NCBI RefSeq assembly: GCF_963921235.1
Contig: NC_086106.1
Coordinates: 24,118,001-24,182,000, forward strand
DNA: 64,000 bases
Direction of reading: 5' to 3'
DNA from: Mobula hypostoma
Taxonomy: Eukaryota
The notes beneath the pieces were generated by a model. It made no database searches, had not been told where the DNA came from, and worked only from the letters and a program-made list of their open reading frames with translations. Shown here one piece after another: positions 51,608 to 64,000 of this stretch; positions within the stretch are counted from its first letter, which is position 1, and each line of letters opens with the position of its first letter. A program made the position numbers and the translations under genes.

Positions 51608-54600
51608 CATAAATTGCAATAATAACGCTTTGCACATTTTGCCGTAGAAGTATCCTAACATTTTTTTTTGCTCCTCATGTACCTGAAGAACGTAAGCAAT
51701 AAAGTCAATTAAATTCAATGCTTGAAGTGCCTTTCTGGAGCCTTGTCACGGCTAAAGAGAACCAATTTTTGACGGTCGTTGGTCCGTTCGTTATGTATGT
51801 GTCTTTATGTTTTCCTTAACATGCTTGTTCATTTGACCACGCCCACGTAGGGGTAATGGGTAATCTATGTCATAGGCGAACATTGGAAATCTACAGCCAA
51901 TCCCTGAGCATAAATCAAATCTTCTAGTGAGTTGTCTCGCTCAAAAGCTGGCATGCTTGTCTCAATAACTTTACTGTGAGGCTGCCGAATAGTCCAGAAG
52001 GCCGTATTTACCAAAATGTTCAACTCGGAGAGGTTGAAACTATTTCATCTCTGTCTAGCGCTGTTAATCGGTAAGTGCAAAGCATGTTGTACAATCATGC
52101 GTGTCGTTCCATCTACTGCTCTTTATATCAGTTCACCCCTCACCTGATCCGGTGGATTTTTTTTTTTTTGTTTTTGTTTTGTTTGTTTGTTTACAGGCCG
52201 ATGTCTCTCGGAACTTGTGCTACAGTGTCCGTCTGACATACCCGCATTGAAGGGCGATTCCGTTCAGCTCAATTACACCTATGGCATATCCCGCATTTAT
52301 TCCATGATGTGGTACAGACAAAAATCCGATCAGAGGCTGCAGTACATACTAAAGCGTAGAATATCTCGGAGATAAAACAACTGTCGTTTTAAATTTGATT
52401 TCTCTACTGCGGACAGTCGCAGCCAGTTTACTATCGAACGAATCGAAGTCGCGGACACAGCCGTGTATTATTGCGCAATTCAGTCGCACAGTCCCCGCAC
52501 AAAGGACTTTCTAAACTTTACACCTGCATCCGGTTCCGACACCGCAGAGGGGTTCTTGAAAGCGTTCAGCAGCACTTATTTTGCCTGTTGAATTAAAGAA
52601 GGAATATTACAGTGTCGAGCCTCGCAGCTGCCTTTCAGACACAACAAATAGGACCGTTTGGCTCGACTGATTGAGGATAATTACTCTGTATTACAGCGCA
52701 ACAACTGAACGCTGCATTGCTTCTTTTCTTCTCGGCGAAGCTGATTTCCTGTTGCAGAAGTTCCAGGGTCCTGCTGGAATATTGACCGTAGCAGTGTAGA
52801 TACATATTAGAGGCAGGAAATTCTGCATAACTACAATGCAACCGGAAGTCGCACGCTTCGCTGTGGTTGACTATGCCAAAAAAAATCCGTTATGAAATAT
52901 GTAAAGAAAAAAAAATCCCTCTACGGCTTCACAAGTATAAATTTTGATACACCTGACAATCGTACTGCTCTTCAACTGGTGAACTCAGCGGTGAAGAGAG
53001 CTTCTGTCGCCGTCCTGGCTAACTCCATACTGGAAAATCCAGTGTTGAACATTCTCTCGTTTCTGAAACTGTCCTGAATCACCTGTGATTGAATTTATAG
53101 AAGTAGCATTTGAAAACCAACGCAGAACAGCACATGATGTTTATTTGGGATGTTAGGTATTTGACTGGCTTTCCTCGTGATGGATCGTCCACTTCTCAAA
53201 GGAGACCTTAGATTAGACTGTCATTAGCGTTCAGATTGAATGCACATCAGGTAAAAAGATCAATTAAAATGAGATGATGAACTTTACCATTGATGAAGAC
53301 ATTCAGAGTTCGTTGGGAATGATATATGACTTGCTGACAGATGTTTGTGTAGGGGAACACTGCATATTTTGATAGTAATGCCATTAGCTCCAAGACAATT
53401 ATGGAAAATGGTAGATCCGGTCACAGTGTTATTTCTTGAATTAGAGTAACTCCACTTCAGATGGTACGACAGAGGATGTTGTAAGTGGTAACTGAAACAG
53501 ACTGTTTTCTGGCAATGTTGAATTTGGTAAGTGGGAGGCCTATTAAAAGTAAAGTATTTAAAGTCCAAAGATAGTATAGGCCTGTCGGAATAAATAGTTA
53601 TGATTACAACTTCAGCGACACCCGATTATCAGAGATATTGAGGCAATCGTTCAGATTTAAAAAAAAGGTGTACAAGAAGAAATAAGTTACTTGTGGAGAA
53701 CAGAAAATGCAAAATAAAGTTTAGGGAGGAAATTAGGATCGGACGCTAAAAATAAATAGAAAAAATAATAAACGAAAAACATCAACAACAACATGTGGTT
53801 GTTCTGGCAGAGAAGGGAGAGCAGAATCCTCAGGCTGTTTTCACGGAAACTCAGAGATACTGCTTTGAAGAGATAAAGTTGGCTTTCTGGAAATCAGGCT
53901 GATAATCTATGCGTGGAGGCAAGAGAGATGTGGGATTCTTAAGGTGATTTCTTAGAGCTTTTTCCTATATCTGTATTTATTCCGGAGAAGGACAGTGATG
54001 TAAGACAGTATCGATGTGGGTACCCTATGAAGATGACAGAGGAAGAGATGTTGACTGTCTTGAAACAAATTACCGTGGATAAATTTCCAGTGTCCGATGG
54101 GCTGTTCCACAAGTTACTGCGGGAAGCAGTAATTCAGGGACTTTAGCAAAGATATTTAAGTCACGAAAAAAATATGAACTTGTGAGTTCCAGTCCTATCT
54201 AACGAACAAGCACTTCGTAGGCATCCAGCCGGGTAAAGGTATCTATTTTAATCGACGTTTCGATTACGTCCTCCCTTAACTTTATCACGGATAATGCCGA
54301 GGGAATTCTGGTCTGGTGGTATATATATTCCGGTTGTCCTGTTTTTATTTAGTCGTAAACCGATCAGGTTTTCATGCCCTGCATTGCTTATAATCAAATT
54401 CCACTTGTTACTTTGTGGGAGATCTTCTTCGTTAAAATTCTGCTTTAGTTTAATACTAATTCAACGACTTCAGTGACCAGGCGGTCGCAGAAGCCATTGG
54501 CATGCAACAGACGTTTTAATCAGTGGAAATGCATCCTATGGCAATCACGTAAGCAATGTTCTGCTACCGATTTCTTCTTCGGGTAGCCCAAAGCAATCCA

Positions 54601-57600
54601 TCAACTATCCTCCCTGATGGCTGTTCCCATCGGGAGTACCATCTGGCCCATATAAACACGAGGAGAAACATGTGACTACTGCCTGTCTTCCCCATATTTC
54701 TTCTATTTCCTGAAGTGTCGCTAGTATCCTAAATAAATACTGGATTAATGTCATCTGCAAATTTCGTAACGAAGTCCAAATCACAACATATGCGGACCAA
54801 ATATGACCTGTGGCTCAGGACGGCAAGCGGTTACAGGGTTCACTGTGAAAAGGTGGCAGCGCATATTGGTAAAAGGCGGTGAACGTTAGAAACCCATATC
54901 AAGTACTTCGGAAATGCATCTGCGTGGGTTACCTGGCGAAATCAGCTGCAGCAGAACATTGCATACGCAAGGACATAGGATTGAATTCAAAGCCAGAAAA
55001 CTACTCTGCTGCGCCAATCGAGTCTAACACCGTCTAATCAAGAAAAAAAATGTAATAAGATGAAACAAAATAAGAATTGTAACAATGGTGAATGTCTCGC
55101 TTCAGTAAGAATAGGTATTCAAATGTAGACCTGATTGGGTGAGGACCAAGCAATTAATAGCGACAGAAGACTGGGATATATGTGAAACCCCGCTGGTTTC
55201 CATGGCTACGAGAGTCTAGGAAAGCATTTCCCAATACAGCCAAACTCATGAGATTGTGCAGGCTCTCCTATTCCAAACCCCGGTTTATGGATTCTGTGTT
55301 ATACGTTACTCTGTTACAACTCAGAGGCAAGAAACAACAGAGAGCACACTGCATAAGATTAATAGATTTGTATTTATAAATCTTAACGAACGGGCAAGTA
55401 AGGAAAAGAAAGGAAAACAAAAACACAAAATGACCCATTATATTTATACATGTGGAGCTCAATTAAGCGATCCTCAGTCGATCTGGCTACTGGCTCCATC
55501 GATTCACTGTCTCCCCACGAGGTTATATCTTACGACCGGTTCTCTCCAGCGTCTTCACACTCTTCTCCAGCCGAGCAAATGACCAAGCTCACATTCCAAA
55601 GCATCCATTATTCTAGCCATAACCCAAATACTACTTCTGCAAAAAGATATTCCGTTAGCAGTCATAGATTTCCCAGGGTATTACAAATATATCCACATGA
55701 CTTGACATTACTTGGGATCATTCCTGAGGAAGATGACAGAGTCTGTAATCGAACCGTCGGTGAAAATTGACATCCTGCGTGATAACTGAGTTCCTGGATG
55801 GGTGTTAGAGGAGAGCTAATATTGCTCCGCTGTTTATGCAATGGTGAGAAAAGGCCAGGAAATTATAAGTCGGTGAATACGACATCAGTCCAGGTTAAAG
55901 CCCGTGGAAGTTATTCTGAGTCACTGTATATATGATTATCCATTGTTAAACGGGGACTGTTTAGCAAGAGTAGGCCTGAGTTTGCGGATGGTACGGTGTG
56001 TCCAGCCAGTGTAATGTCCTTCTGCGACGAAGTTATCATGTATATTGGTGAATAGAAGGCAGAGGGTTGTATCCATATAACCATTAGCTAGTCATCGTCA
56101 AATCACTTGTATGGAGGTTTACCACGACGGTTAAGTTGCCTGGAGCTGAAGATGAAGTTGTAAATTGCATTGTACATTTTCCGTACGGAGGAAGGCAGAG
56201 GCTGGCAGCAGATATTTGAGTCTCTGTTTAAAGGAGTGCAGCAGCGATTAGTCATTGATATATTCATTGATTAGTTATCATCTGCACTAACAATCACAGG
56301 GTCATGTGGTTTAGCGGCTCAGCAACTTTGCGTACGAAAACAAAATTAGAGGAGCAGCAGACAGTGAGGAACACTACCAAAGAATTCAGCGTGATCTGGA
56401 CCAGCTGGAATCCTGGGCTGAAAATGGCATATTAAATATTATGCTGACGGGTGTGAGTTGTTGCACAGTGGATGGACCAGCCACCTTTCACATAGAACAA
56501 CGACAAGAACGATTTCGATAAAACAAAGTAATCTGAGAATGCAGGTTAATAATTCATTAACGAGGCTCAGCCTCATAAATCAATGTACTAAGTATTTATC
56601 TCGGTATGTTATGTTGAAATTATCTAAATGTTTGATAAAACCCAATATAATTGTTGTGTGCAGCTAATATCGGAATATATATATATATGAAGCAGATGAT
56701 TGAAGAGAGATTTTATCAAGATATACACAATTGATAGGAGTACCAATAGGAAATTGCATGCAGGCCCTTTAACTAAGGCTGTGTAAGACGTGCGTGAGAG
56801 CTCATGGGTGAAGGATAAATCATGAAATGCTTAAAAGAATCATGAGTGGAACCAGCTGTCAGTACAAGTGATTGATGCGATTTGAATTGAATCATATAAG
56901 AATTTTTTGGATAATTAAATATATGGTATGGGTGCATGAGTCTATAATCCGGGTGCAGCTTGATCGGTTGGCCCAGACTAGATATATTTTTTCTGTGTCT
57001 CCTGATATATGAGTCAATGCGCAGGGCAAACTTCCTTTTCCACAGACAGTGGTGCCTGGGAAAACGTTTGTAATGGTAGTGAACATGCAAACCCTAGGGT
57101 CATAAAGAGGCGTTTAGATTGGCAAATTTAAGACTAATGAGTTTGTTTAATTTGACGTTATTATGTGAATTTGCTTGGTTTCTCTTCGTTGACCGAGTGA
57201 CAGTCCATTTGCTGTTTTTTGTTTCCAATTTTATATTCTATGAAAGCTGCAGAAGATATTCATCAGTTCCGACGCCATCCTTGTGAAGAGGAACCTTACT
57301 GATGTTTCAATTGGGAGTTACTTCGTTAGAACCTAGTACATGGGCACCCTATTATTTAATCCAGCATAATTAACGTCCGTAAAAACGTGTTGTTGTTTGT
57401 AGCATGTTGCGCCCTCTTGTGTCTTTTGCTGGCTGCGAGCAGATGCTCATCACACGTCCGAGGAGAAGACAAACACCAACACAAGTACCCAATCCTCTTG
57501 TAAACACACTTACTCAGAGCTAGTTAGACTTAAATCCTCAATCATATACATATAAACTATGCACGGCTTACCAGGGGACGATACAGTCACAAACTCAGAG

Positions 57601-57875
57601 TGCGGTTCATACACTAAACAGATGAGAACGGAAGAAAATTGAATATAGAGCTTTGGAAGTTAACTGTAGCCAAAGAAGGTGGGAATAACTAATAAATCAG
57701 TTAAGTCAAATTCATTAGTCTTTCAGCAACGAATTGAGAAACTGACTACAAATTCACACTACCAAATGTTTCTCTTTTTTTTTCCTGCTTGCATCTACAA
57801 TGCATCTTACATTATCTATCATCTCTTCTGGCTACCTCTGCTTACTAACAATACCTGTAAACTATGGTACACTCC
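51608..57875 (+). repeat. Tandem V cassette copy C (3'-truncated)
   Basis: Collinear with A 29755 to ~36440. Homology stops at the CR1 block at ~57890. Confidence 0.9.
52016..52507 (+). pseudogene. TCR V pseudogene psiV4 (leader 52016-52070, V exon 52197-52486, defective RSS 52487-52507)
   Basis: First Cys TGC>TAC (52274-76), GAA>TAA (52373-75), and an RSS of CACAGTC, 5-bp spacer, ACAAAGGAC. The exon length (290 nt) equals V2 and V3. Confidence 0.95.
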
Positions 57876-57889
57876 TCTTTGGTAATAAA

Positions 57890-59150
57890 TCCATGATCAG
57901 CAATTTATTTGAGAATTTCACATGGAAACGAGGAGAAAATAAATCCAGAGAGTTTCTACAGTTGTATTAATAGCAAAAGGATAGTGCGGGATAAAATTGA
58001 TCCCATAGAGAATCAGAGTGGACGGCTATGTACGGAACCAAAAGAGATGGGGGAGATTTTGAACAATTTATTTTAATCGGTATTCACTAAGGAGAAGGAC
58101 ACTGAATTGTGTAAGGCAAAAGAAACAAGAAGGGTGGTTATGGAAAGTATGACGATTAAAGAAGAGGAAGTACTGGCGCTGTTAAGGAATACAAAAGTGG
58201 ATAAATCTTCAATGCCTTATCATTTACCATGTATGTCCTATTTTGATTACTCCTACCAAAATGTAGCACTTTACATTTCTCAGCATTCAACTCCATCTGC
58301 CATCTTTCAACCGACTCTTTTAACAGGCCTAAATCGCTCTGCAAGCTTTGAAAATCTACTTCGTTATCCTGAACGCCACCTATCTTAGTATCATCTGCAT
58401 ACTTATTAATCCAATTTACTACCCCATCACCCAGATCATTAATATATATGACAAACAACATTGGACCCAGTATAGATCCCTGAGGCACACCGCTATACAC
58501 CGTCCTCCAATCTGACACACAGTTAACCACCACAACTCTCTGACGTCTCCCATCCAGCCACTGCTGAATTCATTTTATTACTTAATATTAATACCTAACG
58601 ATTGAACCTTCCTAACTAACCTTCTGTGTGGAACCCTGTCAAATGTCTTACAGACGTCCATATAGACAGCATCCACCGCTTTACCCTCGTCAACTTTCCT
58701 AGTAACCTCGCAAAAAAAATCAATAAGATTTGTCAAACATGACCTTCCACGCACAAATTCATGTTGTTTGTTCCTATTCAAACGCGGTCTATCCAGATAA
58801 TTATATATTCCATCTCGAAGGATAGTTTCCATAAATTTACCCACCACTGACGTCAAGGAGATGATGGCGGCGCCACGCATCGGGCGCGGCTGTTCCGCAT
58901 TGATATCGTATCTGTGAAATAGGATGCACCATCCTGATTTGATAGAAACAGACGCGAGGAAGCACCGAGCAACTCATTAACTCCAAGCTGCCTATATTTA
59001 TTGTAGATTCCTCTCCTTTTCCGAAAAAAGTTTCCTATATCCCTTGAAAACCATGGCTTTCTCAAACTTTTAACAATTCCTTTCAACCTAACAGGAACAT
59101 AAGGATCCTGTACCCTCAAAATTTCACCTTTAAATGACCTCTATTTCTCT
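57890..59150. mobile_element. Rearranged CR1 block: + fragment 57890-58210; - fragments 58210-58850 and ~58960-59150
   Basis: The + fragment has [16 protein letters not shown]. The - fragments have [33 protein letters not shown] and KPWFSRDIGN. Confidence 0.85.
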
Positions 59151-59267
59151 ATTAAAACCTTGCTTTATTCACTACACACTACCTACCATAGTTGTACTCT
59201 CTATCATGGCGCAACAATTGTTTTGCATACAACCGATTTCGTCTTGATAAATTACAAATCCAATTTC

Positions 59268-59395
59268 NNNNNNNNNNNNNNNNNNNNNNNNNNNNNNNNN
59301 NNNNNNNNNNNNNNNNNNNNNNNNNNNNNNNNNNNNNNNNNNNNNNNNNNNNNNNNNNNNNNNNNNNNNNNNNNNNNNNNNNNNNNNNNNNNNNN
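59268..59395. other. Assembly gap (128 N) flanked by an inverted repeat
   Basis: Direct read. Confidence 1.
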
Positions 59396-60574
59396 ATTTG
59401 TAATTTATCAAGACGAAATCGGTCGTTTGCCAAACAATATATATCCCTTCACAAGCTGTACAATGGACAAGAAACGGGTAAGATTACGTGACAGGATGCT
59501 GGAAACTGTGCGGTGTTGCTTGTTGCTTGTCCCTTATGTGTTTCTGATGATTGAAACTGAATCGGAATGCTATACTGTGTAGTTCAGTTGTCCCACCCTC
59601 TTAACTCTCCAAATCACATTTAATTCAGTTTGAGGTATCAGATGAGACTCAGTGGACATAAAATTGACAAACTCTGTATAGTATCTGTATCGATTCTCAT
59701 TACTGGCACGTGCATTATGGTATGTTCATCTGCCTCCTCTGGACAAGATGTCTTGCAGACTTTGATATTAATGATTATTATCATATGTTATGGGTCTCCT
59801 GCTGATGGGAGATTGATGTATTCAATTGATTTCTTCTTTTAAGCAGATAAACCAGACACACTGGTCAGACAAAAGTAGCAGTCTGTCACATAATCCTTCC
59901 GCTCTCGCCATATCATCAGGGCACCGAACATCAACAACTTCCGTGCACCTCTTCGACGAGCTCTCTCATCGACGGCATATGTTGTACAGCACACGTGAGG
60001 AATCGAGGCTTTGACTCAGTCGCAAATGTTGCACTCAAAATGGAGCTCATGAATTTTCTTTATAAACAGTGTCATTCTCCATCTTTCGACATAAAGTGTA
60101 TACTCACCACAGATATAACAGAAGATACCGAAACTGTTACAAATTTGGCGAGAAATTTTGCTGTCCCATATACTCAAAAGAATAAATTCACTTTATTACA
60201 ATGTGCACACATGAACCAAGACCATGAACGTCGACATGACCGCAAATAAAGATACTGGTAAAGGCAATGCATAGAACGGTGTTTGGTGATTTTCGACAAA
60301 GCTGCAGCAGGCAGCATCCGCCGTGCTGAAGCATTAAAACATCGCAGCTTATATCGTGGGCAACATCTCAACTGACTTCAATTATCAATTGAAATTCTAC
60401 AGGTTGATTTCAAAATAATAGTGCGTGATGGGAATAATCTATCGTTCCAATCAAGATCAGTGCGACAAATTCCAAAGGAACCAGGCAAACGTATCCAGGA
60501 AACAAAGTATTCATTGTCCAGTTTATTTAGAAAACTCCAATTTCCGATGTAGATTTAAACGAAGTATTAGACGC

Positions 60575-61640
60575 TGCGCCCAAGCGGCCTCAATGACTAC
60601 AGACCAGAAGCATTGACCTCCCACATCATGAAAACCCTGGAGAGACATGTTCTGGAGCTGCTCCGGCCGATGGTTAGGCCACACTTAGATCCCCACCAGT
60701 TCGCCTACCAGCCCTGACTAGGAGTTAAAGATGCCATCGTCTACCTGCTGAACCGTGTCTACGCCCACCTGGACAAGCCAGCGACCACTGTGAGGGTCAT
60801 ATTTTTTGACTTCTCCAGTGCGTTCAACAGCATCCGCCCTGCTCTGTTGGGGGAAAAGCTGACTGTGATGCAGGTTGATGCTTTCCTGGTGTCATGGTTT
60901 CATGATTACCTGACTGTTAGACCACAGTACGTGTGCTTGCAACACTGTGTGCCCGACAGGGTGATCAGCAGCACTAGGCCTCCACAGGGGACTGTCTTGT
61001 CTCCCCTTCTCTTCACCATTCACATCTCGGACTTCAACTACTGCACAGATGCTTGCCATCTTCAGAACTTTTCTGAGGACTCTGCCATAGTTGGATGCAT
61101 CTGCAAGGGAGATGATGCTGAGTACAGGGCTGCGGTACGAAACTTTGTCGCATGGTGTGAGCAGAATTATCTGCAACTTAATGTAAAAAAGACTAAAGAG
61201 CTTGTGGTAGACCTGAGGACGGCTAAGGTACCGGTGACCCCTGTTTCCATCCAGGGTGTCAGTGTGGAAATGGTGGAGGATTACAAATACCCGGGGATAC
61301 GAATTGACTATAACCTGGACTGGTCAAAGAAGACTGAGGCTGTCTACAAGAATCGTCAGAGCCGTCTCTATTTCCCGAGGAGACTGAGGTCCTTTACCAT
61401 CTGTCGGACGATGCTTGGGATGTTCTACGAGTCTGCGGTGGCCAGTGCTATCATGTTTGCTGCTGTGTGCTGGGGCAGCAGGCTGAGGATAGCAGACACC
61501 AACAGAATCAGCAAACTCATTCGGAAGGACAGTGATGTTGTGGGGATGGAACTGGACTCTTTGAAGGTATTATTTGAAAAGAGGATGCTGTGCAAGTTGC
61601 ATGTCATCTTGGATAATGTCTCCCATCCACTATGTAATGT
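60575..61640 (+). mobile_element. Rex1/Babar-type LINE RT region
   Basis: LNDYRP.ALTSHIMKTLER, LDPHQFAYQP, FFDFSSAFNSI, PQGTVLSPLLFTI and LQLNVKKTKELVVD (ORF 60790-61653). Confidence 0.9.
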
Positions 61641-64000
61641 GCAAAAAGAGTAAGTAGAATGTGCAGAAAGAGTAAGTAAATTTAAGAAGGACAACAACAT
61701 TCAAGGGGAGTATAGCCCGGTGAGAGTTCGGGGAGCTGCGTTATGCACAATAGGCAGCGATTTAAACAGGGAGAGGAGAAATGGGTTAACATTCTATATC
61801 TGAATGCACGAAGTGTCAGAAATAAGGCGGACGAGCTTGATGCTCAGTTGCGAATGGGTAACTCTGATGCTGTTGGGATAACGGAGACATGGCTACAGGG
61901 CGATCAGACCTGGGGATTGAATGTACAAAGGTATACGTGCTATCGAAGAGACAGAAAGGTAGGCAAGGAGGTGGGTGACCCTGTTGGTGAGGATTGACAT
62001 TCAGTCCCTTGCAAGGGTGGGAGGCTGGGCATAGAATCAGGAGAAGTAGAGTCAGTGTGGATAGAACTGAGGAACAGTAAGGGCAAAAAGACCCTAATTG
62101 ATGTTATCTACAGGCCCCCAAACAGTAGCATGGATATTCGGTGCAAGTTCAATAGGGAGTTAACAATGCCATGTGGCAAAGGAAATGTCGCAGCGGTTAT
62201 GGGGGATTTCAACGTGCAGGTGAACTGGGAAATTCAGGTTGGTACTGGACCCCAGAATAGGGAGTTTGTAGAGTGCCTACGGGATGCATTTTTGGACCAG
62301 CTTGTACGAGAGCCGACCAGGGGTAAGGCTATTCTGGATTTAGTGTTGTGCAATGGACAGGATTTGATAAGTGATCTTGAAGTAAAGGAGCCACTAGGAG
62401 GTAGTGAGCATAATACGATAAGTTTTTATCTGCAAGTTGAGAGGGTTAAGGCCAGATCAGAAGTTTCAGTATTGCAGTTGAACAAAGGAGACCATGGAGC
62501 CATGAGGGAGGAGCTGACCAAAGTTGTCTGGTCGGATGTCCTAGCAGAAAAGACAGTGGAACATCAATGGCAGGTATTCTTGCGAATAATGCACAAGGTG
62601 CAAAATCAATTCATCTCCCGGAGAAGGAAGGATTCAAAGGGGGGAAAGTGGCCACAGCGGTTGACAAAGGAAGTCAGAGATAGCATAGCATTAAATAAAG
62701 ATGTATAGCAGAGCTAAGGTGAGTGGGAAGACGGATGATTGGGAAATTTTAAGGAGCAACAGAACTTAACTATAAAGGTTATACAGGGAGAGAAAATGAG
62801 GTATGAACGCAAGCTAGCTAGGAATATAAAGGAAGATAGCAAAATTGTTTTTAGGTATGTGAAGAAAAATAAGATAGTTAAGAACAGTAACCCTTGAAAC
62901 CCTGGGCCCTTGAAAAAATGAATTGGGAGAAATTGTTATGGAAAACAGAGAAATGGCAGAAGAATTTAATAAGTACTTTGGATCTGTTTTCACTAGGAAA
63001 GACGCAAGCAATCTCTCAGATGTATGGATGGGCCAAGGATATAGAGTAACAGAGGAACTGAAACTTATTGACATTAGGAAGGAAACAGTGATGAGTAGAC
63101 TGATGTGACTGAAGGCTAACAAATTACAAGGTCCAGATGGTCTGCATCCTCGGGTACAAAAGGAAGTGGCTCTGGAAATTGCGGATGCATTGGTGATCAT
63201 TTTCCCATGTTCCTTAGATTCAGGATCAATTCCTGAGGATTGGCGAATGACAAATGTTATCCCAGTTTTTAAGAAAGGAGGGAGGGAGAAAACAGAGAAC
63301 TTTTGCCCTGTTAACCTAACATCAGTAGTGCGGAAGATGATAGAGTTCATTATCAAAGATGAAATAACGGCATATCTTGATAGCAGTGATAGGACTGGGC
63401 CGAGCCAGTAAGGATTTACCAAGGGCAAATCCTGCTTGACTAATCCATTGCAGTTTTTTGAGGATGTAACCAGGAAGATAGACACGGGACATCCAGTGGA
63501 TGTGGTGTACCTTGCCTTTCAGAAGGCATTTGATAAGGTACCACATAGGAGATTGGTGGGTAAAATCTGAGCTCATGACATTGTGGGGAGGATATTGACA
63601 TGGATGGAAAACTGGTTGGCTGATAGAAAGCAAAGGGCAGCAGTGAATGGGTGTTTCTCGGAATGGCAGGTGGTCACTAGTGGGGTGTCACAGGGCTCGG
63701 TATTGAGACCACAGCTGTTTACGACTTACGTCAATGATTTAGAGGAAGGCATTGTGAATAACATCAGCAGGTTTGCTGATGATACTAAGCTGCGTGGTAG
63801 TGTGACATGTGATGAGGATGTTAGGATAATTCAAGGTGACTTGGATAGACTGGGTGAGTGGGCAGAAACTTGGCAGGTGGCGTTTAATGTGAATAAGTGT
63901 GAGGTTATTCACTTTGGGAGCAAGAACAGGAAGGTAGATTATTATCTGAACGGTGTGGAGTTAGGTAAGGTAGAAATACAAAGCGGTCTAGGAGTACTTA
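61641..64000 (+). mobile_element. CR1-type LINE ORF2 (APE endonuclease plus RT, disrupted; runs off the window end)
   Basis: ILYLNARSV, VGITETWL, YRPPNS, MGDFN, ILDLVL, PEDWRMTNV, KAFDKVPH and FADDTKL, with several stops and frameshifts. Confidence 0.95.

Noticed and set aside
56464-56502. CACAGTG, 23 bp, AGAACAACG, a cryptic RSS (also at ~46394)
   Set aside because: Lies within a CR1 relic with no adjacent V; the heptamer is not perfect in copy A

Overview
Eukaryotic, repeat-rich (TE-dense) vertebrate DNA. The LINE/PLE families and V-gene sequences point to a cartilaginous fish, probably a ray (inference from recalled repeat families). The window lies in the V-segment array of a T-cell receptor locus, most likely TCR alpha/delta. 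Three intact + strand V segments each have a leader exon, a phase-1 intron, a V exon and a 23-spacer RSS: V1 at 24610-25152, V2 at 30163-30649 and V3 at 41180-41650. A clear V pseudogene lies at 52016-52507, a decayed V relic at ~11.2-11.5 kb and a weaker V-like relic at ~15.1-15.4 kb. V2, V3 and psiV4 each sit in a ~11-kb tandem cassette (A ~29755-40775, B ~40776-51607, C ~51608-57875, truncated). The rest is CR1, Rex/Babar, L1, Penelope-like elements (some with hammerhead-like cores), a hAT transposon with a nested Tigger, two related LTR-like elements, microsatellites and two N gaps. Highlights: a 14-bp D-like core between two perfect RSS heptamers at 21951-21978; V1 with Leu at the conserved Trp41; an RSS spacer collapsed to 5 bp in psiV4; and discordant relationships among the cassettes. 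No J or C segments were found. All alignments and counts were done by eye.
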